DNA from: Tolypothrix carrinoi HA7290-LM1
Lineage (GTDB): Bacteria; Cyanobacteriota; Cyanobacteriia; Cyanobacteriales; Nostocaceae
Direction of reading: 5' to 3'
Assembly: GCA_019358935.1 (NCBI GenBank)
Contig: JAHHIK010000122.1
Location: 1-24,364 of the forward strand
Length of the DNA stretch: 24,364 nucleotides
Below, piece by piece: positions 9,206 to 19,200 of this stretch. The notes below the pieces were generated by a model. It saw nothing but the letters and a program-made list of their open reading frames with translations, was not told the origin of the DNA and made no database searches. Positions within the stretch are counted from its first letter, which is position 1, and each line of letters begins with the position of its first letter. The translations under genes and the position numbers were made by a program.

Positions 9206-9972
9206 AAACTGTCTTTAGAAAAAGTTTCGGTTTGACGCAGACATTCAAGAAAAGCAAGGGCTTCTGGATGAGGCGATCGCCTAAATTCTGCCGGCGTATC
9301 CAATACTACCAATTCTCCGCCATACATTAAACCAATTCTCGATGCCAAAACAAAAGCTTCTTGAATATCGTGTGTAACAAAAACAACCGTTTTGCCTAAT
9401 TCCTGCTGTAACCTTCTAAATTCTTGTTGCAATTCTAAACGTGTAATTGGATCGAGTGCCCCAAAGGGTTCATCCATCATTAAAACGGGCGGATCGGCTG
9501 CTAGCGCCCTCGCCACACCGACCCTTTGCCTTTGTCCTCCCGAAAGTTCATGAGGATATCTTTGCGCGAATTGTTCGGGATTTAAACCGACTAATTGCAA
9601 CAATTCATAAACTCGCGTTTTAATTTGTTTCGGTTTCCAACCTTCCAAAGAAGGAACTAAACCCACATTACGTTCAACAGGGAAATGGGGAAATAAACCA
9701 GTTTCTTGAATTACATAACCAATTTTGCGCCGCAGTTTAATTTCATTCCATTGATTTGTCGGAATGCCATCAAATAAAACTTCGCCTTGTGTAGGAATAA
9801 ATAGGCGATTAATTAATTTCATTGTCGTAGTTTTGCCACTTCCACTGCGTCCAAGTAATACCAGTGCCTCTCCTTGACGGATGGTGAAGTTGAGATTGGA
9901 TACTAACGATCGATTATTGCGGCTAAAGGTGACATTGCGAAATTCGACAGCGATTTGGTTATTTTGCGGCAT
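9202..9972 (-). CDS. Osmoprotectant ABC transporter ATP-binding protein
   Basis: GRSGSGKTT, IGYVIQETGLFPH, LSGGQRQRVGVARALAADP, MDEPFGALDP; ATGA overlap with the permease. Confidence 0.95.
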   Translation of the reverse strand: MPQNNQIAVEFRNVTFSRNNRSLVSNLNFTIRQGEALVLLGRSGSGKTTTMKLINRLFIPTQGEVLFDGIPTNQWNEIKLRRKIGYVIQETGLFPHFPVERNVGLVPSLEGWKPKQIKTRVYELLQLVGLNPEQFAQRYPHELSGGQRQRVGVARALAADPPVLMMDEPFGALDPITRLELQQEFRRLQQELGKTVVFVTHDIQEAFVLASRIGLMYGGELVVLDTPAEFRRSPHPEALAFLECLRQTETFSKDSL

Positions 9973-10130
9973 GGGTGATTGGTGCAGGCTGGCTTTATGT
10001 AATTATGCGATGATTTGGATAAGAAAGTCTGCTTTTACGTAGATTGAAGCAATGGTATCACTTGCTGCAAGCTTTTAAGATAGAGTTATTAACCAATTGA
10101 AGAGTGTGATCGTAATCCTAGAGGTAGCTA

Positions 10131-12599
10131 ATGGATCTTGAGGTGATGTATAACCAGGCTGTTATTCGCTTCAACTCTGGAAACTATGCAAGTGCGATTG
10201 AGGATTTGAATCAAGTTCTACAGATCAATCCCAAGATTGCAGAAGCATACTATAACCGAGGTCTTGCCCAAAATATATTAGGGAACCATCAGTTAGCGAT
10301 AGAAGATTACACCAAAGCCATTCGTATCAATTCCAAGTTTGTTGAAGCCTACCGCAACAGAGGCATTAGTAATAGCACTCTTGGAAACTACCCAAGAGCA
10401 ATTGAAGATTACAATACAGCACTAAGCTTAGACCCTAGCCTATCTGAAGCATATATTCTCCTGGCTAAGGCTTATAGTAGCCAAAAAAAATTTAAACTCG
10501 CGCTCAATGCCCTTGAGTGTAATCCACTTTTTATTTGCAAAAACATAAAGTTCTATGAAATCAGGGCATTTGTCCGCCATCAACTCAAGGAGTATGAGGG
10601 GGCGATTGATGATTATAGCCAAGTAATTCTGATAAATCCTGAATGTGCCGAAGCTTACTATCAGCGAGGTAGTGTTTACTACTTGGATTTATATGACTAC
10701 AAGCAGGCATTTAAGGACTACAGCCAAGCAATACGTATTAATCCTAATTTTGCTGAAGCTTACCTTAAGAGAGGCTTGGCTCGTCGTTCAGCTTTTAAAG
10801 ATTATCAGGGAGCTATTGAAGACTATAACCAAGCAATACATATCGATTCTGATTATGCAGAAGCTTATGTCAACCGAGGTCTTGACCAATTTATACTAGG
10901 AAATGAACAGACAGCGTTTGAGGATTATAGCAAAGCCATTAGTATTGAACCCAATTCGCCGGAATTATACTTTTTGAGAGGTAGTGCTTTTTGTAGAAGT
11001 AAATATACAAAACAAGCAAGCCAGACAGCAGTCGAAGATTACACTGAAGCCATTAAAATCTCTCCTTATTTTGCTGAAGCATACTCTTTGCGGGGTATTA
11101 ATCGTTATCTCTTAGGTGACTATAAGGGGGCAGTTGAGGATTTAGACAAAGCAGAGTGTTTTGTTAACCGCCCTATTAAGTTTCAATCTAACTCCAGTTA
11201 TACTTGTATTTTATTTAGGGCTGCTATAAAACAAGCATTTACAGACTTATATCCTGCTAAAGTACACCTTCGAGGCATTTTCCGCATTACTATTAAAGAC
11301 TTTCAGGGAGCAATTGAAGATTTCACACAATTTATTTCTTACAATCCTGACTTTGTAAGACTTCGTTCTTTCTCGCTTGAGAATCTAACCTGGTTACCTG
11401 AGCTTGGAGAGGGCTACTCTTGGAGAGGCTTAGCTCGCTATTTACAAGGAGACATAGAGGGAGCAACCGAAGATTACGACCAGGCAATAGACATTGATCA
11501 AAACTGTGCTAGTGCTTATGAGTGGCGGGGTATTCTTCGCTATAAGCAAGGAGATCCACATCGTGCCATTTGGGATCTTCAGAAAGCTGCGAAACTTTTT
11601 TTCGAGCAAGGAGATATAAGTTACTACGAAGATTGCCTGGAAACAATCAGGAAGCTTGAACCTCCTACAGAAACACTAAATATACACACTAATCTTCAGA
11701 ATTTACTAGCTCCTTTTTTGGAGAAAGAGATTCAAAAACTCTTGGCTCCTATGTTGGAGAAACAGTTAGGAATCACTTCAGAAGTTCTGCAAACTCGGTT
11801 TGCTCAGTTAGATAACTTACAGCATCAGTTTGTAGATGTTCAGCTAGTTTTACAATCTCACTCTGAGCAGTTAGCTAACTTGCAACATAAATTTACAGAT
11901 TTTCAGCAGCAGATTACAGAAACTCTAAAATCAGCTAACGTTAACCTTAGCTCTTTGCAGACTCAGTTGGATAACTTTGCAAGTGCGATCGCAGGCATAC
12001 CAAATCAACTCAATGAAGCTGTTGATATGCGGGTAGCTGAAATTAACCAATTGTTAAAAACAATTCAACTTTATCAATATGAGTTGGTTATTAACCGAGA
12101 TGGTAGTCGTTCGCAACTAATTAAAGCAGCAAAAGAAGCGGAGTATCAATTGCTTCTTGTCTGCCCTTGGCTACACTGGGGCGTTCGCTGGAATAATAAT
12201 GAGCTTATTCATTATTTTCGAGCTTTTCTTGCTAAAAATCAAAACGGTTGTATTGATATTGGCTGGGGACATTATCAAGATATAGAGTTAGTTAAGAATA
12301 AATCGGGTTCAATTAGGGGGAGGCTTAAAGCCCATTCTAAGTTGTATAGTGCTTTAGATAACCTGGAAAAACTCGAAATGGATTATCAAAGCAGATTCCG
12401 GCTTAAACTAATAGGAACTCATGAGAAGTTTTTAGTTTGCGATGACAAATTTGCCATGCTGGGCAGTCATAATTTTCTCAGTTCAGGTGATAAATCTGGC
12501 GAGCGAGAAGTGGGAATCTATACAACAGACCCTCGTATTATCCAACAACTTAAAAACCAGTTTGAAAAAGCAAAAAATCTAGAAAAAGATAACAATTAA
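10131..12599 (+). CDS. TPR-repeat protein with coiled coil and C-terminal phospholipase D-like (single HKD) domain
   Basis: More than 10 TPR units (AEAYYNRGLA..AIEDYTKAIRINS); Q/L-rich coil at about aa 520-645; LVCPW..HEKFLVCDDKFAMLGSHNF..EVGI matches HxK(x)4D(x)6GSxN. Confidence 0.88.
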   Translation: MDLEVMYNQAVIRFNSGNYASAIEDLNQVLQINPKIAEAYYNRGLAQNILGNHQLAIEDYTKAIRINSKFVEAYRNRGISNSTLGNYPRAIEDYNTALSLDPSLSEAYILLAKAYSSQKKFKLALNALECNPLFICKNIKFYEIRAFVRHQLKEYEGAIDDYSQVILINPECAEAYYQRGSVYYLDLYDYKQAFKDYSQAIRINPNFAEAYLKRGLARRSAFKDYQGAIEDYNQAIHIDSDYAEAYVNRGLDQFILGNEQTAFEDYSKAISIEPNSPELYFLRGSAFCRSKYTKQASQTAVEDYTEAIKISPYFAEAYSLRGINRYLLGDYKGAVEDLDKAECFVNRPIKFQSNSSYTCILFRAAIKQAFTDLYPAKVHLRGIFRITIKDFQGAIEDFTQFISYNPDFVRLRSFSLENLTWLPELGEGYSWRGLARYLQGDIEGATEDYDQAIDIDQNCASAYEWRGILRYKQGDPHRAIWDLQKAAKLFFEQGDISYYEDCLETIRKLEPPTETLNIHTNLQNLLAPFLEKEIQKLLAPMLEKQLGITSEVLQTRFAQLDNLQHQFVDVQLVLQSHSEQLANLQHKFTDFQQQITETLKSANVNLSSLQTQLDNFASAIAGIPNQLNEAVDMRVAEINQLLKTIQLYQYELVINRDGSRSQLIKAAKEAEYQLLLVCPWLHWGVRWNNNELIHYFRAFLAKNQNGCIDIGWGHYQDIELVKNKSGSIRGRLKAHSKLYSALDNLEKLEMDYQSRFRLKLIGTHEKFLVCDDKFAMLGSHNFLSSGDKSGEREVGIYTTDPRIIQQLKNQFEKAKNLEKDNN

Positions 12600-12994
12600 G
12601 GTTGCCATACAATACGAGATTGTTTTGCCAACAAACGAGCAAGTCGTTCAGCTGTAGCTGGGTCATCTTCTCTATATGGTAAACCTATAATATTCGCATG
12701 AGATGGAGAGTCAGGTACTACGTCTAAACCTAATTCACGAACACGTCCTACATCGAGGCTAGCAACTCCATAACAGTTTGTGAATCTGGATGCACATTGT
12801 TCAGGAGAGGAGGCGTTAGCAATGTTAACAGAAAGACCCTGCTCATTTCTGTTTTTTCGCAAAAAATAGGCTTGAGCTTTTACCCTTCCCGTATCCTCAT
12901 TTATCCAATTATTCCGCAGTAATGCCCGGTAGACAATGGCGCTATTAGGCAACGGTTCAAACCTTATGTCATTTCCAGAAGATTGTTCTGTCAT
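12596..12994 (-). CDS. Hypothetical protein, candidate ADP-ribosyltransferase/RES-like toxin
   Basis: 132 aa; IVYRA...GLSVN...GVASL..V..LGL.V.PD..HANIIG pattern; ATGA-coupled to the upstream gene. Confidence 0.6.
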   Translation of the reverse strand: MTEQSSGNDIRFEPLPNSAIVYRALLRNNWINEDTGRVKAQAYFLRKNRNEQGLSVNIANASSPEQCASRFTNCYGVASLDVGRVRELGLDVVPDSPSHANIIGLPYREDDPATAERLARLLAKQSRIVWQP

Positions 12995-13371
12995 TCACCG
13001 CTAAACCATTGCAACCAATCAGCTAAATTTGAGGCAGAAACGACATAATCCACGGCATATTCCTCACTTGTCTCGTGATAGATATAAGTTCTTTTCTCGG
13101 CACTAAAGGGACAAAATAGGCTGACTTGACGCTCTGTTTCTAGGCTTGTCCAATCTAGACTAATTCCTCCTTCATCATCACAAGAAGCCGATGCTCTGGG
13201 GAAGCTGCTTCCCATGAGATAATAGGCTTCTGAAACTAAATTCAGTACAGTCTTGAAAGCGTAGTCAGTTGGCTTAATAATGCCATAGTCATCTTCATCT
13301 TCGCCCTCTAAAAGTTCTAAAATCCGTTTGAGAGTAATGGTAATTCCTTGAGATTCTAACGAAATAGTCAT
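12991..13371 (-). CDS. Acidic hypothetical protein, candidate antitoxin
   Basis: 126 aa, strongly acidic, FPRASASCDDEGGISLDW motif; translationally coupled to the 132-aa gene. Confidence 0.6.
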   Translation of the reverse strand: MTISLESQGITITLKRILELLEGEDEDDYGIIKPTDYAFKTVLNLVSEAYYLMGSSFPRASASCDDEGGISLDWTSLETERQVSLFCPFSAEKRTYIYHETSEEYAVDYVVSASNLADWLQWFSGE

Positions 13372-13413
13372 GATACCTATGTATATAAGTTAGTCCTAAC
13401 TAAATTAATAGTA

Positions 13414-13839
13414 TTACTGTGGGAAAAATACGCGCTCAAATGGCTGGCGACGATAGCGACGATAAATGTCGAAGTCTTTATCAAGAGTGGCGATCGCACT
13501 AATATTCAAACCCTCAGAAATCGCCACTAATGACAAATCGGCAAAATCTCCTGGTAAACTAGCGTACTGAGAATTGAGTTCGGCAATACGTGCAAAATCT
13601 TCTACCGATAGATGTTCACATTTGTAAATATTATTGGCAATAGCAGATAAAAAGTTGTTTTGCAATTGCCAGTTAGGAGCTAATAACCACATTACCTCGG
13701 TAACACAACCAACTGTAGTTAATAGCTCACTGGTACAACTAGCAAAAAAGCCACTCACTTGTCTGTGATACTCATCTGTCGAATCGTAATAAGCGACTAA
13801 TATTGATGTGTCTATAAGAATAACAGGGTGATAAGTCAT
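13414..13839 (-). CDS. vapC: PIN-domain toxin (VapC family)
   Basis: ILIDTSILVA, VTEV, DFADLSLVA, IATLDKDF: the four acidic PIN residues. Confidence 0.92.
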   Translation of the reverse strand: MTYHPVILIDTSILVAYYDSTDEYHRQVSGFFASCTSELLTTVGCVTEVMWLLAPNWQLQNNFLSAIANNIYKCEHLSVEDFARIAELNSQYASLPGDFADLSLVAISEGLNISAIATLDKDFDIYRRYRRQPFERVFFPQ

Positions 13840-14117
13840 ACTTCCTGCTTTTGAGAACGTTGATGTCGCTGTTGTAGATGTTCGGCAATATATTTCCTTC
13901 GCACATCTCGATCAGATAAATTACCGGGGCTATTAGGTAGAGTTCCAGGTAAGCTACCTACTTCTTCTAATCGCTGTAAAACGGTTTTACGCGGCTGCAA
14001 GCTTTGCCAATGTTCATGCAATAGGCGTTTTATCAATTCACTACTTGTTGTTTTTTCCTGAGCGAGAATCTCTACTAAATACTTCTCGGCTTTGTCATCT
14101 AAGTTGACATTGAGCAT
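13836..14117 (-). CDS. Antitoxin (CopG/RHH-like, VapB role)
   Basis: MLNVNLDD..YL..I.....TTSSELIKRLL ribbon-helix-helix pattern; ATGA overlap with the PIN gene. Confidence 0.75.
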   Translation of the reverse strand: MLNVNLDDKAEKYLVEILAQEKTTSSELIKRLLHEHWQSLQPRKTVLQRLEEVGSLPGTLPNSPGNLSDRDVRRKYIAEHLQQRHQRSQKQEV

Positions 14118-14192
14118 AAAAATTCCTGCCTTTAAATTAGTAAAAAATTAGCTATTGACATTGACAATTGTTGCATTATCTGCAATGTTTAA

Positions 14193-16031
14193 CTACATAC
14201 TTTGCTTGTATTCTTCTAACAGTTGCGGTATGTAATCATATCCATCTACGCCAATTACAGCGATGATTTTTGGACGGTGTTGTTGCAATGCACCGCTGAA
14301 AGCTTCCGCACCCATTTGACCTTGCAAAATTGTCAGTAACGCGGCTGGTTTTCGCCACTCTCGCGAAGCAATTTGATTGAGCAAATACATTCCCAAACAA
14401 CCTGTGTAAATTGCTCTGGTAAAATTTGCCATGCTATAATTGGCTTCGGCTAAATTCGCTAAATTTAAACCTTGCAAATATAAATCGCCGGATGTTTGCG
14501 CTGTGTTAAAACCGTCTTCTAAATGTTTGATGGCGATTTGCGGTTGTTCAGTTACTAAGTAGGCAATTCCTAAGCTGCTGACACACAATGCTTTACTTTG
14601 AATATCGCCTAATTGTTCTGATAACTTTAAGCCTTGTTGCAAATAGTTAATTGCCATTTCATAGGTTTCTGGTTCAATTTGTTTGAGTTGCTGCGCTTGC
14701 ATGACTTCGCTGTAGCCTAAATTTACTAGCGCGTTGGCTTCTCCTGTTCTCTCTCCTGCTTGTCTGCTGAGTATCAATGCCCGTTGACTGTTGTTAATCG
14801 CCTCGGTATAATTCTCTGTGGCAACAAAAGTACGGCTCAGATGGTTGAGATTGGCAATTTCACAAGGGCGATCGCCTGCATTTCTCGCTATTTGCAAAGC
14901 CTCTTGATGAAACTGAATTGAGCGATCGTATTGTCCCATTGCTCGCTGTGAATACCCTAAAAGCGTCAAAATCCGCGCTTTTTCCTGGGTTCCCTCTGCT
15001 TGTCGCAGCGGTTCATCTAAATAATCTAAAGCATCTCGCAAATAACTTCCCGAAAATGAAGCGAAAATTCCGCCGTATAACGGAAAATACGGACGTTGAG
15101 CAAAGTTTCGCAAAATTTGTAACAACACTTGCGAAGAAGCATTGCTGTAACGGGTTATACTAGCAAAAGCATTTGCTAACTGATTCCAAATCGCGGCAAA
15201 TGTCAAGAAAGTTGAAATAGATAACTTGGAACCGGCTTTGACGTTGTAAGCTTGTTGGTCAAACCAGTTAACCAACCCGCGTTGCAAGTATTGCAAAACC
15301 ACTGTTAATTCCACCCAGTCGCTATCAGTAATAAAGCGTTGCTGTTGAGCAAATTCGCTTAAAGACGCATCCATTGCCAGCGTGTAAAACAGTGCTTGAA
15401 TTAAAGGGCTATTAACTGTCTTTTCCCAACTTGCCCAAGGACCATTTTCACCGGGTACACCACCAAATCCGATTGATGAGCGGTTTTGATCGTACATCCA
15501 GCCCAGCAAATTATCAGAAAGTCGTTGCCAAGATGTTAAACCACGGGTGATACCTTCTGAGAGTTGGAGAATTTCTTGATTTTCAGGTACCTGCTGTAGG
15601 GATTTTGCTAATTGCTGAAGTTGTTGTAAATTTAGGGGATACTTTCGGTTCGGGTCAATGACGCGCAATAATGCCGCAAGCCGATCGCCTGCATTTTTGG
15701 TAATTTCTTGAACTGCGGAGGCGATCGCATTGTTAGCTTTATTTTGCTCTTGCGTGCGTTGCCATTGATTTTCAATCGTCTTGATTGCTCTTAAACTGCG
15801 GGTAGCTTTCGCTTTTTTCAGTTCATCTTTTTCTGAGTCTACCAAGCTTTGGGCGGCAGCGAGGCGATCGCTCAAAGCTAACTCAAAAATTTCCCCCGTC
15901 CCCGAACTCACCCCCTTGAGCAACATTTGATAAACTTGCTCAACAGAGCTAATCTTACCCTTGAGGGTAGTTTGCACAATTTCGTCGATTAAGGCTAGAT
16001 AGCGATCGCGCAATGGCAGAGAATCTGACAC
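14193..16031 (-). CDS. TPR-domain protein
   Basis: 612 aa; C-terminal 40-aa-spaced TPR-like repeats (ALQIARNAGDRPCEIANLNHL, LSRQAGERTGEANALVNLG); GTG start. Confidence 0.85.
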   Translation of the reverse strand: MSDSLPLRDRYLALIDEIVQTTLKGKISSVEQVYQMLLKGVSSGTGEIFELALSDRLAAAQSLVDSEKDELKKAKATRSLRAIKTIENQWQRTQEQNKANNAIASAVQEITKNAGDRLAALLRVIDPNRKYPLNLQQLQQLAKSLQQVPENQEILQLSEGITRGLTSWQRLSDNLLGWMYDQNRSSIGFGGVPGENGPWASWEKTVNSPLIQALFYTLAMDASLSEFAQQQRFITDSDWVELTVVLQYLQRGLVNWFDQQAYNVKAGSKLSISTFLTFAAIWNQLANAFASITRYSNASSQVLLQILRNFAQRPYFPLYGGIFASFSGSYLRDALDYLDEPLRQAEGTQEKARILTLLGYSQRAMGQYDRSIQFHQEALQIARNAGDRPCEIANLNHLSRTFVATENYTEAINNSQRALILSRQAGERTGEANALVNLGYSEVMQAQQLKQIEPETYEMAINYLQQGLKLSEQLGDIQSKALCVSSLGIAYLVTEQPQIAIKHLEDGFNTAQTSGDLYLQGLNLANLAEANYSMANFTRAIYTGCLGMYLLNQIASREWRKPAALLTILQGQMGAEAFSGALQQHRPKIIAVIGVDGYDYIPQLLEEYKQSM

Positions 16032-16079
16032 TTTAGCTAATAGAAAACGTTACGTTAATTCTCATTCTAGTCATTGTTG

Positions 16080-16270
16080 GGGAATGGGGAGAGTGGAGGA
16101 GGGGGGGAGGGGGGATGGGGAGACAAGGAGATGGGGAGATGGGGAGATGGGGAGATGGGGGGAAAGAAGAATTATTCTCCTTGTCTCCCTTGTCTCCCTT
16201 GTCTCCCTTGTCTCCCTTGTCTCCCTTGTCTCCCTTGTCTCCCTTGTCCCCTTGTCCCCCTGTCCTCCTG
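16080..16270. repeat. STRR cluster: GGGGAGAT 8-mers followed by 7 perfect TTGTCTCCC 9-mers
   Basis: 9-mers at 16181-16243; the two blocks are partly complementary (GGGAGACAAGG vs CCTTGTCTCCC). Confidence 0.9.
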
Positions 16271-19200
16271 TCAAGTCCTTCCGGCAAGATTTGCTACCAC
16301 TGCCGCTAATTCGGCTTGATTGACTGGTTTGGGAACGTGTAGCTGAAAGCCTGCTAAAAGCGCCTGCGTGCGGTCTTCTGCCCTAGCATAAGCTGTCAGG
16401 GCTACGGCGGGAATCCGTCTGAGTTGCTCTTGTTCAAGCGCTCTGAGTTGACGAATTAGGGCGTAACCATTTTCTCCCGGCATCCCGATATCGCTTACTA
16501 AAACATCAGGTTGAAATGCTTGCAAGGTAACAAGTGCTTCAATAGCAGATGCAGCTGCTTTTACTTGTACTCCTAATGGTTGTAGCATTGCTTTGATTAA
16601 CTCGCGGGCATCAACTTCATCATCGACGACAAGCACCCGCAAGCCTTCAAGAATTGGCAAACAATTTTCAGCTACTTCATGCGTGGTGGTGGGTGATAAT
16701 TGCTCTGGTGTAGTTGGCTTGAGCGCGGGTTTTAGCGGTAGAGTAACAATAAAGGTTGCTCCCTGTCCGATTCCTGGACTTTCGGCACGGACTGTGCCAC
16801 CATGCAATTCTACCAAATGACGGACGATCGCCAATCCTAATCCGAGTCCACCATGCGATCGCGTGCTAGAACTATCTGCCTGACGGAAACGCTCAAATAC
16901 ATAAGGCAAGAATTCGGCAGCAATTCCCTCTCCGGTATCTCTCACCCGAATTTGTACGTGTGAATCAATCTGCACTAGTTGCACATCCACTCTTCCACCG
17001 TGGGGTGTGAATTTGATGGCGTTAGAAAGCAAATTCCAGACAATTTGTTGCAAGCGGTTGGCATCGCCCAAAACTAATGGTACTGATGAATCGGATATAT
17101 TTTCCAGGCGAATTTCTTTAGCTTCAGCTGCTGGACGCACAGTGTCAAGTGCTGCTTCCACAACTGTTATCAGTTGTACTGGAGTGATTTTCAGATTCAG
17201 TTTACCAGTAATAATCCGCGATACGTCCAAAACATCTTCAATTAATACTTTCAAGGTTTTGGTATTGCGGTTAATTGTTTCTAGCGCACGAGCTGTGGTA
17301 GTTTCATCAAACTTGCGGGTAGTTAGTAGTTGCGTCCAGCCAGACATCGCATTTAGGGGAGTACGCAGTTCATGAGAAAGTGTAGCTAAAAACTCGTCTT
17401 TCAAGCGGTTTGCTGTTTCCGCTTCGGTGCGTGCGGCTTTTTCTCGAAGTAGCAGTTGTTCGCGTTCTTGTTCTGCTTTCTTGCGATCGCTAATATCGCT
17501 AATTAAAGCAACAAATCCTTCCACCGCTCTTTCTTCGTTAAACTGGGGAATGTAAGAGACTTCAACATAACGACTTCCCCCATCTTTGTCGAGTACTTTA
17601 GTTTGGTAAGTGACTTGTTCTCCTGATAATACTGCTTCTATATAAGGACGAACTGACTCATAAACTGACTTGTCCATAAATTCTTGAATCTGCTTACCAT
17701 AAATTTCCGAAACTGGAACTCCATACCATTCTTCATATTTCTGATTATTAAATCGATAGCGTTGCTGGGCATCGACATAAGAAATTAGAACGGGTACAGC
17801 ATTTGTAATCAAGCGCAGTTGATCTTCTCGTTGACGCAGCGCTTCTTGTGTTCGTTTGCGATCGCGAAGCGCGGCTTGCCGTTCGCTTAAATCAACACAA
17901 AATATTATTGTTTGTTCAATGCCGTTAGATTCCTCCAACAATGCACCACCGATCAGAATCGGGACACGACTATTATCTTTGCGGATATATTCTTTCTCAA
18001 ACGGTGTGGTGATTCCATGCGTTCTTGCTTCTGATGATGCTTGTACCTCCAAATCGTGGTATTCTGGGGGTGTCATTTTATCCCAGCGTATTTCGCCTAT
18101 TGCCAGTTCTTCACGGGTGTAGCCCACCATATTTAAAAAATAATCGTTGGCGTAGCTTATCCCCCCGCTAAAGTCGCCGATCGCTACTCCAAAAATATTA
18201 GATTCTGCTAACCGTCGAAAACGCTTCTCGCTTTCAAGCAATGCTATTTCCGCTTGTTTGCGTTCTGTGATATCTCGCTGAGTTCCCCATGCTCTCATTA
18301 AAACGCCATTTTCAACAATTCCAACAAGATTATTCACAAAGTACTTGGAATTACCATATTTATCTACTTCATGAGATTCTGCGTCAACTAATCGGTAGCC
18401 AGAACGAATAAAACTACGCAGATATTCTATATTATGGGGATCGCAGGCAACAACAAAGTCTCCTAACCTTGTGCCAACAAGTTCTTCGGCACAAGAAAAG
18501 CCATACATCTGTGCCATGACATGGTTACATTCTGCTAAATAAGCATACTGATAAAAATGCTGAATTTGCTCATCTTCTGATAACTCAAGCGAAATTGGCT
18601 TTTCTATTTCAAAGCGCCAAATACCTTCTGAACTTTGTTCGACAAAAACGCGGTAGCGTTCTTCGCTTGTTTTTCGGGCATTTTCTGCGTGTTTATATTC
18701 AGTTAAATCTAGTACAAAACTTATCACCTGTGAATTATTTTCTAAGGTTGCAGAACCTACTAAAATCGGGACGCGGCTATTATCTTTGCGGATGTATTCT
18801 TTTTCAAAAGGAACGTGTACGCCTTTGGATTTAAGTTCGACAATAGAGCGATCGCTTACCTCAATATATTCCGGTGCGGAGATTTCTCGCCAGCGCACTC
18901 GTCCAGACATTAAATCAGAGCGCGTATAACCTACCATCTTTAAAAAGGCATCGTTAGCCTCGGCGATCGCCCCATCTAAATCACCGACAATTACACCAAT
19001 GATGTTAGACTCTACCAAGCGTCTAAAGCGTGACTCGCTCTGTTGTAATGAATGCAAACTCATTTCTAGGTGCTTTTTCGCTGTGCGTAACTTTGAAAAG
19101 AGCGAGCTAATTAGTATTGTTACCAGCAAGAATACACTTAGCTGCACCACAGTCTCAAAACTACCAACAAATAGCATTTGGGATGGTTTAATTAAAAAGT

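Noticed and set aside
16033..16323. Several 64-84 aa ORFs (GDK/RET/PCL repeats)
   Set aside because: These are translations of STRR DNA, open in many frames because of low complexity.
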